Shown piece after piece: positions 1 to 9,659 of a stretch of DNA of 64,000 nt. The notes under the pieces were generated by a model, which was not told the DNA's origin, did no database searches, and was given only the letters and a program-made list of their open reading frames with translations. The stretch comes from Minisyncoccota bacterium (GTDB taxonomy: Bacteria > Patescibacteriota > Minisyncoccia > Phycocordibacterales > UBA9973): assembly GCA_041907605.1 (NCBI GenBank), contig JAYRGZ010000014.1:5116-69115 (forward strand). The letters are read 5' to 3'. The translations under genes and the position numbers were made by a program. How positions within the stretch are numbered: the stretch's first letter is position 1; each line of letters opens with the position of its first letter.

Positions 1-150
1 GGACTTGCAAGAGCGATTGTAGAGGTGGATGAAGTATTCAAAACAGTAGTAAAGAAAGAAGGATTCCTAAAACGTGATCCTAGATCAAAAGAAAGACGCA
101 AATTCGGTCTCAAGAAAGCTCGTAAAGCTCCACAGTGGAGCAAACGTTAG
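1..150 (+). CDS. rpsI: 30S ribosomal protein S9, 3' part (5'-truncated by window)
   Basis: Frame 1 reads GLARAIV...[29 protein letters not shown], the S9 C-terminus. Confidence 0.97.
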   Translation, partial: GLARAIVEVDEVFKTVVKKEGFLKRDPRSKERRKFGLKKARKAPQWSKR

Positions 151-207
151 TTTGCGACATCCTGAGAGAAGTCGAATGGATGGTCTAAGCGTTAAATTTA
201 TAAAATA

Positions 208-235
208 CAAAATATCCCAGCAATGGGATATTTTG
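208..235 (+). terminator. Intrinsic terminator after rpsI
   Basis: CAAAATATCCCA-gcaa-TGGGATATTTTG inverted repeat. Confidence 0.75.
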
Positions 236-254
236 TTATACTTTGCATATACAT

Positions 255-1337
255 ATGAACATAGAAAGCAAACCACAATTTAGACCAAAGCCTGAAAGAG
301 AATTGGAAAATCAATTCAAGGACGCATATAAATTGAACCCGAAGATTTTACCTAAAAAAGTAGAACGTATTTTGTTTTCTACGCCAGAGAGTGAATTAAA
401 AGAGTCCTATCCAAATGAATATGCGCAATACATTGATTCTCTCCGAGAAGTTTCAAAGGGTAATCATGAAATAAAAAGAAATATTCACTATACACAACAT
501 GAATTAGGAGAATTACATAGAGGTATTATTGGAGATAAGATTAATGATGATTTAAAGAAAAAAATTGAATTAGACCCATACATTAGGAACTATAGTGCGG
601 TGGTACTTTTTCCAGAAATCTATGAGAGAGTTTATGAAAAAAAGGAAAAACCTGACATAACTCAACTATCTGCCGCAACTAGAGACAGGGTATTGAAAGT
701 GGCCTTCAGTGATAAATCTTATGTTGTTAAGAGCGCAGAAAATGGTAATGAAATTCAAATAGCAAATAAAATGGCAGAACTTGGTGTAGGACCGAAACAA
801 TATCATTCTCTTATTGGATATTTAACCGAGGAGTATATAGAGGGTAGAACAATATCAAAATTAGATCCTAAAATTGCTACAAAAGAATACATGCATGAAT
901 TAGGAATAAAAATCGGGAAAGCACTTAAGAAGATTCATGACCTAGGTATTGTAGTGAATGATCAATTGTTAGTAGATGATTTCGGTAAATCACATACAAT
1001 AATTTTAGACTCTAGTGAAATCAAGTTTATAGACTTTGGTGCATCAGTTAATGTAAGTAAATTCCCAAATATCACAGACGACGATGTATTTAATCTTATG
1101 CGCACTGACCCGATGATGATGTTTCAGCTAAATCATTCGGGAGTATTATCAATAGATAAAGTCAAACCAGATATAGAAAAATACCGCAGATTTTTGATGC
1201 TTAAATATAAAACCTCGAAACAACTTATTGAAGCAGTAGATTATCAATTGATCGGTGAGGGTACAAAATTTCTCGGTAATAATTTAGAAAACACCTATGA
1301 GCTGTATCATGCGATAATACAAGAATCAGGAATCTAG
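255..1337 (+). CDS. Protein kinase-like fold protein (divergent)
   Basis: VVK lysine, EEYIEG hinge, IHDLGIVVND catalytic-loop-like segment, IDFG; ATG at 255 preferred over TTG 243. Confidence 0.6.
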   Translation: MNIESKPQFRPKPERELENQFKDAYKLNPKILPKKVERILFSTPESELKESYPNEYAQYIDSLREVSKGNHEIKRNIHYTQHELGELHRGIIGDKINDDLKKKIELDPYIRNYSAVVLFPEIYERVYEKKEKPDITQLSAATRDRVLKVAFSDKSYVVKSAENGNEIQIANKMAELGVGPKQYHSLIGYLTEEYIEGRTISKLDPKIATKEYMHELGIKIGKALKKIHDLGIVVNDQLLVDDFGKSHTIILDSSEIKFIDFGASVNVSKFPNITDDDVFNLMRTDPMMMFQLNHSGVLSIDKVKPDIEKYRRFLMLKYKTSKQLIEAVDYQLIGEGTKFLGNNLENTYELYHAIIQESGI

Positions 1338-1375
1338 GGTTGTGTGTTTGTAAACTATCAGTATAATAACCCCGT

Positions 1376-1957
1376 ATGAGTGATGAAACAGAAAACAAAG
1401 AAAATATTGATGAGGTACCTGTAGACGACGTTATATTTGAGAATACAGAGGAAGGGGAAGGTGAAATATTTTCAAAGGATAAAATCAAAAAATTAAGAGA
1501 AGAACTAAAGGAAGCGAAGGCCAAAGAAATGGAGTATTTAACTTCATGGCAGAGAGAGCGAGCGGATTTCACAAACTATAAAAAAGATGAGATGGAAAGA
1601 ACCGCTAGACTCATAACACTAACCCGTGAGAAATTTACAGAAGAATTAATCCCAGTATTAGATGCATATGATATGGCTTTCCAGAACAAAGAAGCCTGGG
1701 AGAAGGTAGATAAAGGATGGAGGACAGGAGTGGAATACATACATGCACAACTTATAAAAGTTCTCGCTGAAAATTATGTAATTGAAATCAATGCCAAAGA
1801 GGGTGATAAACTTGATCCAAATATTCATGAACCTGTTGATACTATACCAACAGAAGATGAATCGAAGGATCACACAATAGCTCAAATAATTCAAAAGGGA
1901 TACAAATCTGGAGATAAGATTATTCGTCCGGCAAGAGTAAAAATATTTAAAAACTAA
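1376..1957 (+). CDS. grpE: Nucleotide exchange factor GrpE
   Basis: RERADFTNYKK, DPNIHEP, QKGY, RPARV motifs. Confidence 0.95.
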   Translation: MSDETENKENIDEVPVDDVIFENTEEGEGEIFSKDKIKKLREELKEAKAKEMEYLTSWQRERADFTNYKKDEMERTARLITLTREKFTEELIPVLDAYDMAFQNKEAWEKVDKGWRTGVEYIHAQLIKVLAENYVIEINAKEGDKLDPNIHEPVDTIPTEDESKDHTIAQIIQKGYKSGDKIIRPARVKIFKN

Positions 1958-1959
1958 AT

Positions 1960-2952
1960 ATGCTTGAATCACCATTTAGGAAAAAAACTCCAGAGGAAAA
2001 TAAGTCATCAGAAGAGGTAAAATTTCTCAATGAAAAATTAGATTATTCGGCGATAAACCTAAATGAATATGCTGCAGGTTTGGCCGCAGAAGAAATTATA
2101 AAGGATTCATACGAAATAATAAATCCTAAAGAGATTGTTTATGGTGGTAGCTACGAGGAGAAAAACCAGTCTGGCAAAGAGAAAATCAATCAGTATATAT
2201 ATCGGACAGAAATATCAGGACAAAATTATGAATTTGTACTTAGGGAAATTTATGCTGAAACTGAAGAAGATAATGGGAAAATCAAAAAGGAAATTAATAA
2301 GGCACGTATAGACTTTAACGTGCAAGGGCTAGATCTATTAACTAATATTGGTTATGCAGAAATTAATAAGAGTGAAGGTTTAATTCGTGATTTTATAAGG
2401 TTTTTGTATTCAAAAAACGAATTTAAATATCTAGAGGTTACAGCATCTAAGTCAGATATTTTTGCTGGAAGTGAAGAGGACATAAAAAAATCAATAATTA
2501 AAAAGATTGATGAAATCAAAGATATACCATCGGGAGAATTTGACCTGTCACCAAATTTAAGAAGGTATAGGAAAATTTCTGTTAATGGTGATGAAATAGA
2601 ACTTTTTTATTCAACTAAAAGAAACATACTGGGACAGCAAACCAAAATCAGAAAATTTAACAAAAAAGAATTCATTGATTTTTTGAAGTCGGATAATATT
2701 TTATCAGATGCAGATTTAAGAAGTGATGTTGTTAGATATATTATTGATAATAATAATGAGAACAATAAAAAGCAGATACAGAGACTCGCATTATATGAAA
2801 GAAAATTAAAGCAAATGGGCTTTAGAATAGAAAAAAACGGAGAACAAATTTTAGCATATACTACTGATGAGGCTTTGAATAAGTTGTATGATTTCTCAAA
2901 AGTTCCTGAAAAAGCGCAAGATATTTTAAATGAACTTTTTAAAAAAATGTAG
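1960..2952 (+). CDS. Hypothetical protein
   Basis: 330-aa ORF starting 2 nt after grpE stop; no motif recognised. Confidence 0.75.
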   Translation: MLESPFRKKTPEENKSSEEVKFLNEKLDYSAINLNEYAAGLAAEEIIKDSYEIINPKEIVYGGSYEEKNQSGKEKINQYIYRTEISGQNYEFVLREIYAETEEDNGKIKKEINKARIDFNVQGLDLLTNIGYAEINKSEGLIRDFIRFLYSKNEFKYLEVTASKSDIFAGSEEDIKKSIIKKIDEIKDIPSGEFDLSPNLRRYRKISVNGDEIELFYSTKRNILGQQTKIRKFNKKEFIDFLKSDNILSDADLRSDVVRYIIDNNNENNKKQIQRLALYERKLKQMGFRIEKNGEQILAYTTDEALNKLYDFSKVPEKAQDILNELFKKM

Positions 2953-2979
2953 ATTTAGTTTAAGCGAGAACGGTTCCTG

Positions 2980-3513
2980 CTAAATACCATCGTAGATTTT
3001 GCGAAGTTCCACCAGTGTTGATTCGTCAATAGAACTGCTCACTATAATCATCATCTCAGTTGTGAGATTGAGATCTTTTTTGATATTTGTGAAAAGGTGT
3101 TCAAATGGATATGGTGAAATCCATGCAGAGTTCTTGAGACACACAAAACCTGCTTTTTTGAGAAGATATCTAAGTGATTCACGCTCAGCCTTACGTGCCT
3201 CAGGAAGATCCAGAAGTATGATACGCCATTTACCATCCCATGAAGGGGAAACCAGTGCAGTATCACTCTCAAGCCTTACACTATGAGCCTTCTTCTTGCC
3301 CTCACGTGTGAGCTTGGCATAGTCGTTTTGACCAGAAGATATAGATTCTATTAGCCCAGCGTCTTTGAGGCCTCTAATAGAGCGATTTACTGCGTATAAA
3401 CTAGGTTTATCAGTATATTTGGTACCTATCTTTTCGGGAATTTCAGATATAGAAATAGCCGGCCTTTCAGACAGCATTTTTAGTATTTTCCTTGAAAAAT
3501 CTTGCTTTGCCAT
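2980..3513 (-). CDS. PaaX-family transcriptional regulator (wHTH plus Cas2-like domain)
   Basis: N-terminal wHTH (LTREGK), WDGKWRIILLDLPE...LRYLLKKAGF..LKNSAWISPY. Confidence 0.8.
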   Translation of the reverse strand: MAKQDFSRKILKMLSERPAISISEIPEKIGTKYTDKPSLYAVNRSIRGLKDAGLIESISSGQNDYAKLTREGKKKAHSVRLESDTALVSPSWDGKWRIILLDLPEARKAERESLRYLLKKAGFVCLKNSAWISPYPFEHLFTNIKKDLNLTTEMMIIVSSSIDESTLVELRKIYDGI

Positions 3514-3518
3514 AATAT

Positions 3519-3604
3519 TTGACAGTTTAACATAGATAAATATAATATCAACATACTTTCCGTGGTCACGAAATACTTGTCAAAAAACTGTGGATAAGTA
3601 TAAT
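3519..3604 (+). promoter_or_regulatory. Tandem sigma70-type promoters for dnaK
   Basis: TTGACA(3519)-16nt-TATAAT(3541) and TTGTCA(3577)-16nt-TATAAT(3599). Confidence 0.7.
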
Positions 3605-3664
3605 AGAAACATAAATTAAATTATTAGTTAATTTCTGTAAAAGTGCAGATTAAATTATAAAACT

Positions 3665-5554
3665 ATGTCAAAAATAATAGGTATAGATTTGGGTACAACA
3701 AATAGTGCTGTAGCAATTATTGAAGGAGGCGCTCCGAAAATAATTGAAAACAGTGAAGGTATGCGTACAACTCCATCAGTTGTCGCAGAATCAAAGACGA
3801 AGGAACGTCTTGTTGGAATAGTTGCGAAACGTCAGTCAGTTACAAATCCTACAAACACAATTTTTCAAATAAAGAGATTTATCGGTCACAACTTTGATGA
3901 ATCAGATATTCAGAAAGATATCAAAATGATTCCATTTCAAACTCGTAAGTCTGAAAACGGTGGCATTGAAGTGAAAATGGGAGATACATGGAACAGACCT
4001 GAAGAAATTTCTGCGATGATCCTTCAGAAATTGAAAGCTGATGCCGAGGCACGAATTGGAGAGAAAATTACAGAAGCCGTGATCACAGTACCGGCATATT
4101 TCAACGATGCTCAGAGACAAGCTACCAAGGATGCAGGTAAGATCGCTGGACTAGATGTGAAGCGTATCATCAACGAACCTACAGCAGCAGCCTTAGCATA
4201 TGGATTCAATAAAAATAAAAATGAGAAGATTGCCGTATTTGACTTCGGAGGTGGTACTTTTGATATCTCAGTGCTGGAAGTTGGTGATGATGTCATAGAA
4301 GTTAAATCAACAGACGGTGATAGTCACCTAGGAGGTAAAGATATTGATCAGAAGATTATAAATTGGCTAGCAGATGGATTCCAAAAGGAAAATGGAATTG
4401 ATCTTAGAAAAGATCCTCTAGCTCGCCAGAGATTAGATGATGCAGCAGAGAAAGTAAAAATTGAACTATCAACAGCGATAGAAAGCGAGATAAATATTCC
4501 GTTTATTACTTCAGGTGAATCAGGACCACTTCACCTAGTGAGAACAATGAAGCGTGCAGAACTCGAAGATCTAACTCGTGAATTTATTGATCGAGCGATG
4601 ATGATCACAAAACGTGCAATTGAGGCTTCACCGTTTAAGGTTAGTGATATTAATGAAGTGATACTTGTGGGAGGACAGACTCGTATGCCAGCTCTACAGA
4701 GCGCTGTGAAGGCATTCTTTGGTCGTGATCCACACATGGGAGTAAATCCTGATGAAGTTGTAGCACTCGGTGCTGCTGTTCAGGGTGGAGTGCTCAAGGG
4801 TGAGGTTCGCGATGTCCTACTTCTCGATGTTATTCCACTATCTCTTGGAATTGAAACTCTAGGTGGAGTATCTACAAAATTGATTGAGAAAAATACTACA
4901 ATCCCTACTTCTAAATCACAAACATTCTCAACAGCAGCGGATAATCAAACAAGTGTAGAAATTCACATATCTCAAGGTGAACGTCCAATGGCATCTGATA
5001 ACAAATCACTAGGAAGATTCATACTAGATGGTATTCCACCAGCTCCACGAGGTATGCCACAAATAGAAGTGACATTTGATGTAGATGCAAACGGAATACT
5101 CAATGTTAAGGCGAAGGACAAAGCATCAGGCAAAGAGCAATCAATAAGAATTGAAGCAAGTTCAGGACTTACAGATGAAGAAATAAAGAAGATGCAACAA
5201 GATGCAGAACTTCATGCTGATGAAGATATGAAGAAGAAAGAAAAAGCTGAAGTCAAAAACACTGCTGAGATGCTAATGTTCACAGCAGAGAAAGAACTTA
5301 AAGAATATGAAGCTAAAATTGGAGAGGATGTGAAGAAGAGTATTCAGGCGAAAATTGATGCATTAAAAGCTGTGAAAGACGCTGATGATTTGGAAGCTAT
5401 AAAGAAAGCTACAACCGAATTATCTAGCGAAATTTCTAAAATTGGTGAAGCTCTAAATAAGCAAGGTGAGACGCCAAAGGAGACAGCGACAGAAGCACAA
5501 GAGCCAGAAATAAAGGACGCGGAGACAGGAGATAAACCTGAAGGACAAAAATAA
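3665..5554 (+). CDS. dnaK: Chaperone DnaK
   Basis: [37 protein letters not shown]. Confidence 0.99.
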   Translation: MSKIIGIDLGTTNSAVAIIEGGAPKIIENSEGMRTTPSVVAESKTKERLVGIVAKRQSVTNPTNTIFQIKRFIGHNFDESDIQKDIKMIPFQTRKSENGGIEVKMGDTWNRPEEISAMILQKLKADAEARIGEKITEAVITVPAYFNDAQRQATKDAGKIAGLDVKRIINEPTAAALAYGFNKNKNEKIAVFDFGGGTFDISVLEVGDDVIEVKSTDGDSHLGGKDIDQKIINWLADGFQKENGIDLRKDPLARQRLDDAAEKVKIELSTAIESEINIPFITSGESGPLHLVRTMKRAELEDLTREFIDRAMMITKRAIEASPFKVSDINEVILVGGQTRMPALQSAVKAFFGRDPHMGVNPDEVVALGAAVQGGVLKGEVRDVLLLDVIPLSLGIETLGGVSTKLIEKNTTIPTSKSQTFSTAADNQTSVEIHISQGERPMASDNKSLGRFILDGIPPAPRGMPQIEVTFDVDANGILNVKAKDKASGKEQSIRIEASSGLTDEEIKKMQQDAELHADEDMKKKEKAEVKNTAEMLMFTAEKELKEYEAKIGEDVKKSIQAKIDALKAVKDADDLEAIKKATTELSSEISKIGEALNKQGETPKETATEAQEPEIKDAETGDKPEGQK

Positions 5555-5563
5555 TTTAGCTTA

Positions 5564-5610
5564 AACAAAAAATCACTCAATCCGCCGGCTGGCGGAAGTG
5601 ATTTTTTGTT
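5564..5610 (+). terminator. Intrinsic terminator after dnaK
   Basis: AACAAAAAATCACT...AGTGATTTTTTGTT 14-bp stem enclosing TCCGCC-ggct-GGCGGA. Confidence 0.8.
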
Positions 5611-5676
5611 GTATTTACAAATAAATATGAAAGGATTAAAACTATATTAAATCAGTTAACCTCAAATCCCACCGTT

Positions 5677-6213
5677 ATGGCTACATTTGATATTACAAAA
5701 AAAGGTTTATTACTTGAGCTTGATAAAGTAATTAATACCGGTCAACGAGGTATGATAAATACTGAGATGATTTTTGTGTTAAACAAATCATGTTTTCCGA
5801 ATTCCTGGCAAGATTTTGCAGCTCTTTCAAAAAACTGGGCGAAAATTATTGACCGAATAGTTAAATACTCCCCGAAGCCACATTTGGAATTTATTGTTGC
5901 TATTGATATTCCACTTTTTATTTTGAACGATAAACCCTTGTCGTTCAATTGGAAAAAGTATGAGGATCCGGAAATTATGCTAAATTGTGGAATCCTCAAT
6001 ACATGGCTTTGTGGGTATACCACAAATGATGCGAACAAAATAACTCAATCCATTGATTTGGTTTTGCCAAGCAAATTTTACAATCAAAATGATGATTTTT
6101 GTTTGCAGTTAAAAGAATATAAACAGATCGATCCCAAGGGACCACTTAGTTCCTCTGTCCAATACTTTATACCACTTGGCCAAGTTATTGAACTCAAATT
6201 TTCTATGGGATGA
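5677..6213 (+). CDS. Hypothetical protein
   Basis: 178-aa ORF followed by a hairpin; no motif recognised. Confidence 0.65.
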   Translation: MATFDITKKGLLLELDKVINTGQRGMINTEMIFVLNKSCFPNSWQDFAALSKNWAKIIDRIVKYSPKPHLEFIVAIDIPLFILNDKPLSFNWKKYEDPEIMLNCGILNTWLCGYTTNDANKITQSIDLVLPSKFYNQNDDFCLQLKEYKQIDPKGPLSSSVQYFIPLGQVIELKFSMG

Positions 6214-6233
6214 TAATAAAATCTCTAGCTCAT

Positions 6234-6263
6234 ATAGCGCTGCCAAATTGGTAGCGCTATTTG
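6234..6263 (+). terminator. Intrinsic terminator
   Basis: ATAGCGCTGCCA-aat-TGGTAGCGCTAT then TTG. Confidence 0.6.
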
Positions 6264-6281
6264 TTTGGTATAATTATTTTT

Positions 6282-6785
6282 ATGAAGAAAAAGATCGTCG
6301 TAGTGAACGACAAGATGCAGAAAAAATATAGGTATGAACTCACAGAACCAGTGGGGAAGAATTTTCACAAGGATTTCAAACCTGATCTCACACCTAAACA
6401 AATGCTAGAAATGGGAGTATTCGGTGGAGTATATATGCGAGATTGTACAAAGGAATTTCCGAAAACTTGGTTTACAAGAGCCAAATTCTCTAAAACTACC
6501 CACGATAAAAATTTAAACTATTTTAAAGTCGATGCTTCACTTTCTCTACCAGAGTGGAGGAAAAATGGGTGGATATACAAAGACGATCCAAGAGGCTGGT
6601 TTCAATGGTATTGCCGGTACTATATGGGACGTAGAATTCCAAAAGAGGATGAGAGACAAATAAAACGCTGGATGAAAATGCGCCGTCATGTTGGTCAAAT
6701 TCGTGCAAATTGTAGAGTGGGTGATATGACGTGTCGTCCAAGACAACGTCAAGCACTACTCCACTGGGCATACTTTATAGGATAA
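6282..6785 (+). CDS. Conserved hypothetical protein
   Basis: FKPDLTP, GVFGG, DPRGWFQWYCRYYMGRR, RQALLHWAY motifs of an uncharacterised family. Confidence 0.8.
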   Translation: MKKKIVVVNDKMQKKYRYELTEPVGKNFHKDFKPDLTPKQMLEMGVFGGVYMRDCTKEFPKTWFTRAKFSKTTHDKNLNYFKVDASLSLPEWRKNGWIYKDDPRGWFQWYCRYYMGRRIPKEDERQIKRWMKMRRHVGQIRANCRVGDMTCRPRQRQALLHWAYFIG

Positions 6786-6843
6786 GAAATACTTTGCGAA
6801 AACAGGGTTTGTTTTGTTATATACGTGAAGTATAATTTGGCAT

Positions 6844-7242
6844 ATGAAATATTTTTATATTTGTGCGCTCACTCTACCTTGGCTTATTCTAGGTGATCTA
6901 ATTTGGCTAGGAGTAATTATGCGTTCTACATACGCAAGGGTATTTGGTCAATTATTTAGAGAACATATTTTAATTTGGCCTGCACTAGTTTTCTATCTTT
7001 TATTTAGTATTGGTCTTGTTGTTTTTGCAATTATTCCAGCGCTCAAAGCAGAAAGCATACAGACTGCAATATATTTAGGATCTTTACTTGGTTTTATTGC
7101 ATATATGACCTACGACATGACAAACGCCGCTACTCTCAAATCTTGGCCAATTGGATGGTTAATGTTCCTAGATATTTTGTGGGGAACATTCATCGCGGGT
7201 CTATCTAGTGCCATAGGATATCTACTATCGCGTAGTTTGTAA
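6844..7242 (+). CDS. DUF2177-family membrane protein
   Basis: DLIWLG, AYMTYDMTNAATLKSWP, DILWG. Confidence 0.85.
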   Translation: MKYFYICALTLPWLILGDLIWLGVIMRSTYARVFGQLFREHILIWPALVFYLLFSIGLVVFAIIPALKAESIQTAIYLGSLLGFIAYMTYDMTNAATLKSWPIGWLMFLDILWGTFIAGLSSAIGYLLSRSL

Positions 7243-7288
7243 AAAAGGTGTATACTCGCTCTACAGTTATTAGTAATTATATAAATAT

Positions 7289-7648
7289 ATGGATATAGTA
7301 TTTTTTATAGGAAAGGTATTGTTCGGTGGATATTTTGTTTACAACGGTGTTAGTCATCTGACAAATCTCAAGGCCTCTACTGGTTACGCAATTTCCAAGG
7401 GTGTACCTATGGCGAAGTTTGGAGTAATTATCTCTGGTCTTATGATAATTTTAGGTGGTGGAAGTGTCTTGGCTAATTTTCACATGAAGCTTGGTTTGAT
7501 TCTTATCGGAGTATTTCTAGTAGTGATCACTTTCATGATGCATCAATTCTGGAAGGAGAAAGATCTTATGGGTAAGATGACTGAGAAAATTCAGTTCACA
7601 AAAAACCTCGCACTTCTAGGTGCGACACTTATGTTTTTGGGAATGTAA
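7289..7648 (+). CDS. DoxX-family membrane protein
   Basis: 4 TM segments, HQFW and FTKNLALLG motifs. Confidence 0.85.
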   Translation: MDIVFFIGKVLFGGYFVYNGVSHLTNLKASTGYAISKGVPMAKFGVIISGLMIILGGGSVLANFHMKLGLILIGVFLVVITFMMHQFWKEKDLMGKMTEKIQFTKNLALLGATLMFLGM

Positions 7649-7712
7649 AATTAGTCCTAATTCAAAAAAGCTCACAGAAATGTGGGTTTTTTTGTTTATA
7701 CACAGGTTTTGT

Positions 7713-7741
7713 TTGCTAGTGAACGAGCGTTCACTTATAAT
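7713..7741 (+). promoter_or_regulatory. Promoter with SOS-box-like operator in the spacer
   Basis: TTGCTA-17nt-TATAAT; palindrome AGTGAAC-GAGC-GTTCACT at 7718-7735. Confidence 0.85.
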
Positions 7742-7747
7742 ATAGAG

Positions 7748-8314
7748 ATGGATAATCTTGATACAACCAAACTTGTCTCTTTCTACGAAAAAGCTCTGCG
7801 TATGCCGACTTATACAGAGATTGCCAAAATCTATGGATACAAATCCAAGAACGCTGCGTATAAATTAATTCAGAAATTTATTGAATCTGGTCTAGTAGAT
7901 AAAGATCGCTCCGGCAAGCTCGTTCCTGGTAATATGTTCTCCGGCGTTCGAGTATTAGGACTAGTGGAAGCTGGTTTTCCGACTCCGGCAGAAGAGGATT
8001 TACTTGATACTGTGACTCTAGATCAATACTTAGTTCGCAATCGTGAAGCTACTTTTATGTTAGAGGTGAAAGGTGATTCCATGTATGACGCAGGAATACG
8101 TGAAGGTGATATGGTCCTCGTAGAGAGAACGAAGGAGGCCAAAGAGGGATCTATCGTTATTGCTGAAATTGATGGTGCTTGGACTATGAAATATCTCAAA
8201 AAACAAGGAAGCTATTTCTACCTTGAACCAGCAAACAAAAAATACAAACCAATTTACCCAAAAGAAGAACTCAAAATCGCAGCAATAGTAAAAGCCGTAA
8301 TTCGCAAGTATTAA
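7748..8314 (+). CDS. LexA/UmuD-like S24 autopeptidase with N-terminal HTH
   Basis: PTYTEIA HTH, AGFP cleavage site, GDSM Ser, TMK Lys. Confidence 0.9.
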   Translation: MDNLDTTKLVSFYEKALRMPTYTEIAKIYGYKSKNAAYKLIQKFIESGLVDKDRSGKLVPGNMFSGVRVLGLVEAGFPTPAEEDLLDTVTLDQYLVRNREATFMLEVKGDSMYDAGIREGDMVLVERTKEAKEGSIVIAEIDGAWTMKYLKKQGSYFYLEPANKKYKPIYPKEELKIAAIVKAVIRKY

Positions 8315-8386
8315 TTTGTCTAAATTTTACTCAAATTTATTTTTAACTATGAATATTTATTTATTAAAAAATTTTGACAGATAAAT

Positions 8387-9640
8387 ATGAGCACGAAATT
8401 TCTACACGTAGATGGAGATTCATTCTTTGTAGCTTGTGAACAGGCACAGTACCCGCACTTAAAAGGCAAACCAGTAGTGGTGGGAGAAGAGCGTGGTATC
8501 GCATGCGCCATGAGTTACGAAGCCAAAGCGCTTGGCGTCACGAGAGGACTTCCTATATATACAATACGCAGAGAATTACCAGAGATAATTATCCTACCCT
8601 CACATTTTGAACTCTACGAGATGTATTCTGAGAAAATGGTTGCTGTCCTCAAGAAATTTTTAGGAACTGTAGAGAAATACAGTATCGATGAGTGTTTTGC
8701 ATTAATTACCGACAAAGACGCGAAGCGTTACGGTGGATACAAGGAAATCGGCCTCGCAATAAAAAATCAAATACAGAGTGAATTAGGTATAACTTTTTCC
8801 TTTGGTATTGCAGATACTAAAGTCCTCGCAAAAGTCGCATCAAAATACCAAAAACCAGACGGTCTTACATATATTGAGCAGGAAAATATTGGAGAATATC
8901 TAAAAAAAGTATCAATTGAAAACATTTGGGGTATTGGATATCGTACTGCACCGAAGCTCCAAGCGATGGGAGTACATACCGCCTTTGATTTTATAGGTCT
9001 AGATAGGGAATATATAGATAAATATTTTGATTTACCACTACAGGAAATTTGGCAAGAATTAAATGGTAATTCCGTGCTAGGAATTGGTGGCGACTTTCAA
9101 CCACAAAAAAGTCTTCAAGCCACACAGACTTTTCCGAAAGCTTCAAAAGATAAATCTTATGTATTTTCTGAGTTATCTAAAAATATTGAAATTGCATGCG
9201 AACGTATGCGCGACATTAATCTATCAACTAATCATGTTTCTGTATTTATAAAGACTAAAAACTTTCGCTACTATACGAGAGACATCAAACTGCCATTCTT
9301 TACCCAAAATCCATCAGACATACTGCGCTATGTGCATAGCGAGTTCCCTAAAATTTTCAAACATGGAGAAGAATATAGAACGACAGGTGTGACACTGCTG
9401 AATTTAACTAGTGAGAATCATATACCTGCGGATTTATTTGGTGTACAGAAAAATATTTTTGATAGAAAAGCACTACTTGAGAAAATTGATATGCTCAAAA
9501 GCCGCTACGGTACAAATGTCATATTCCTAGCCTCTAGTATGCAAGCCCAAAGTCGGAAGAAAGAAGAGTTTGTGAAAAAAGCAAAGAAAGACAGATATAT
9601 TTATGGATTGCCGTATCCATATTTGGGAGAAGTCTTATAG
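8387..9640 (+). CDS. Y-family DNA polymerase (DinB/UmuC-like)
   Basis: HVDGDSFF, SYEAK, YSIDE, AKVASKYQKPDG, IWGIG. Confidence 0.93.
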   Translation: MSTKFLHVDGDSFFVACEQAQYPHLKGKPVVVGEERGIACAMSYEAKALGVTRGLPIYTIRRELPEIIILPSHFELYEMYSEKMVAVLKKFLGTVEKYSIDECFALITDKDAKRYGGYKEIGLAIKNQIQSELGITFSFGIADTKVLAKVASKYQKPDGLTYIEQENIGEYLKKVSIENIWGIGYRTAPKLQAMGVHTAFDFIGLDREYIDKYFDLPLQEIWQELNGNSVLGIGGDFQPQKSLQATQTFPKASKDKSYVFSELSKNIEIACERMRDINLSTNHVSVFIKTKNFRYYTRDIKLPFFTQNPSDILRYVHSEFPKIFKHGEEYRTTGVTLLNLTSENHIPADLFGVQKNIFDRKALLEKIDMLKSRYGTNVIFLASSMQAQSRKKEEFVKKAKKDRYIYGLPYPYLGEVL

Positions 9641-9659
9641 AGGCGTATAATTGAGCTAT

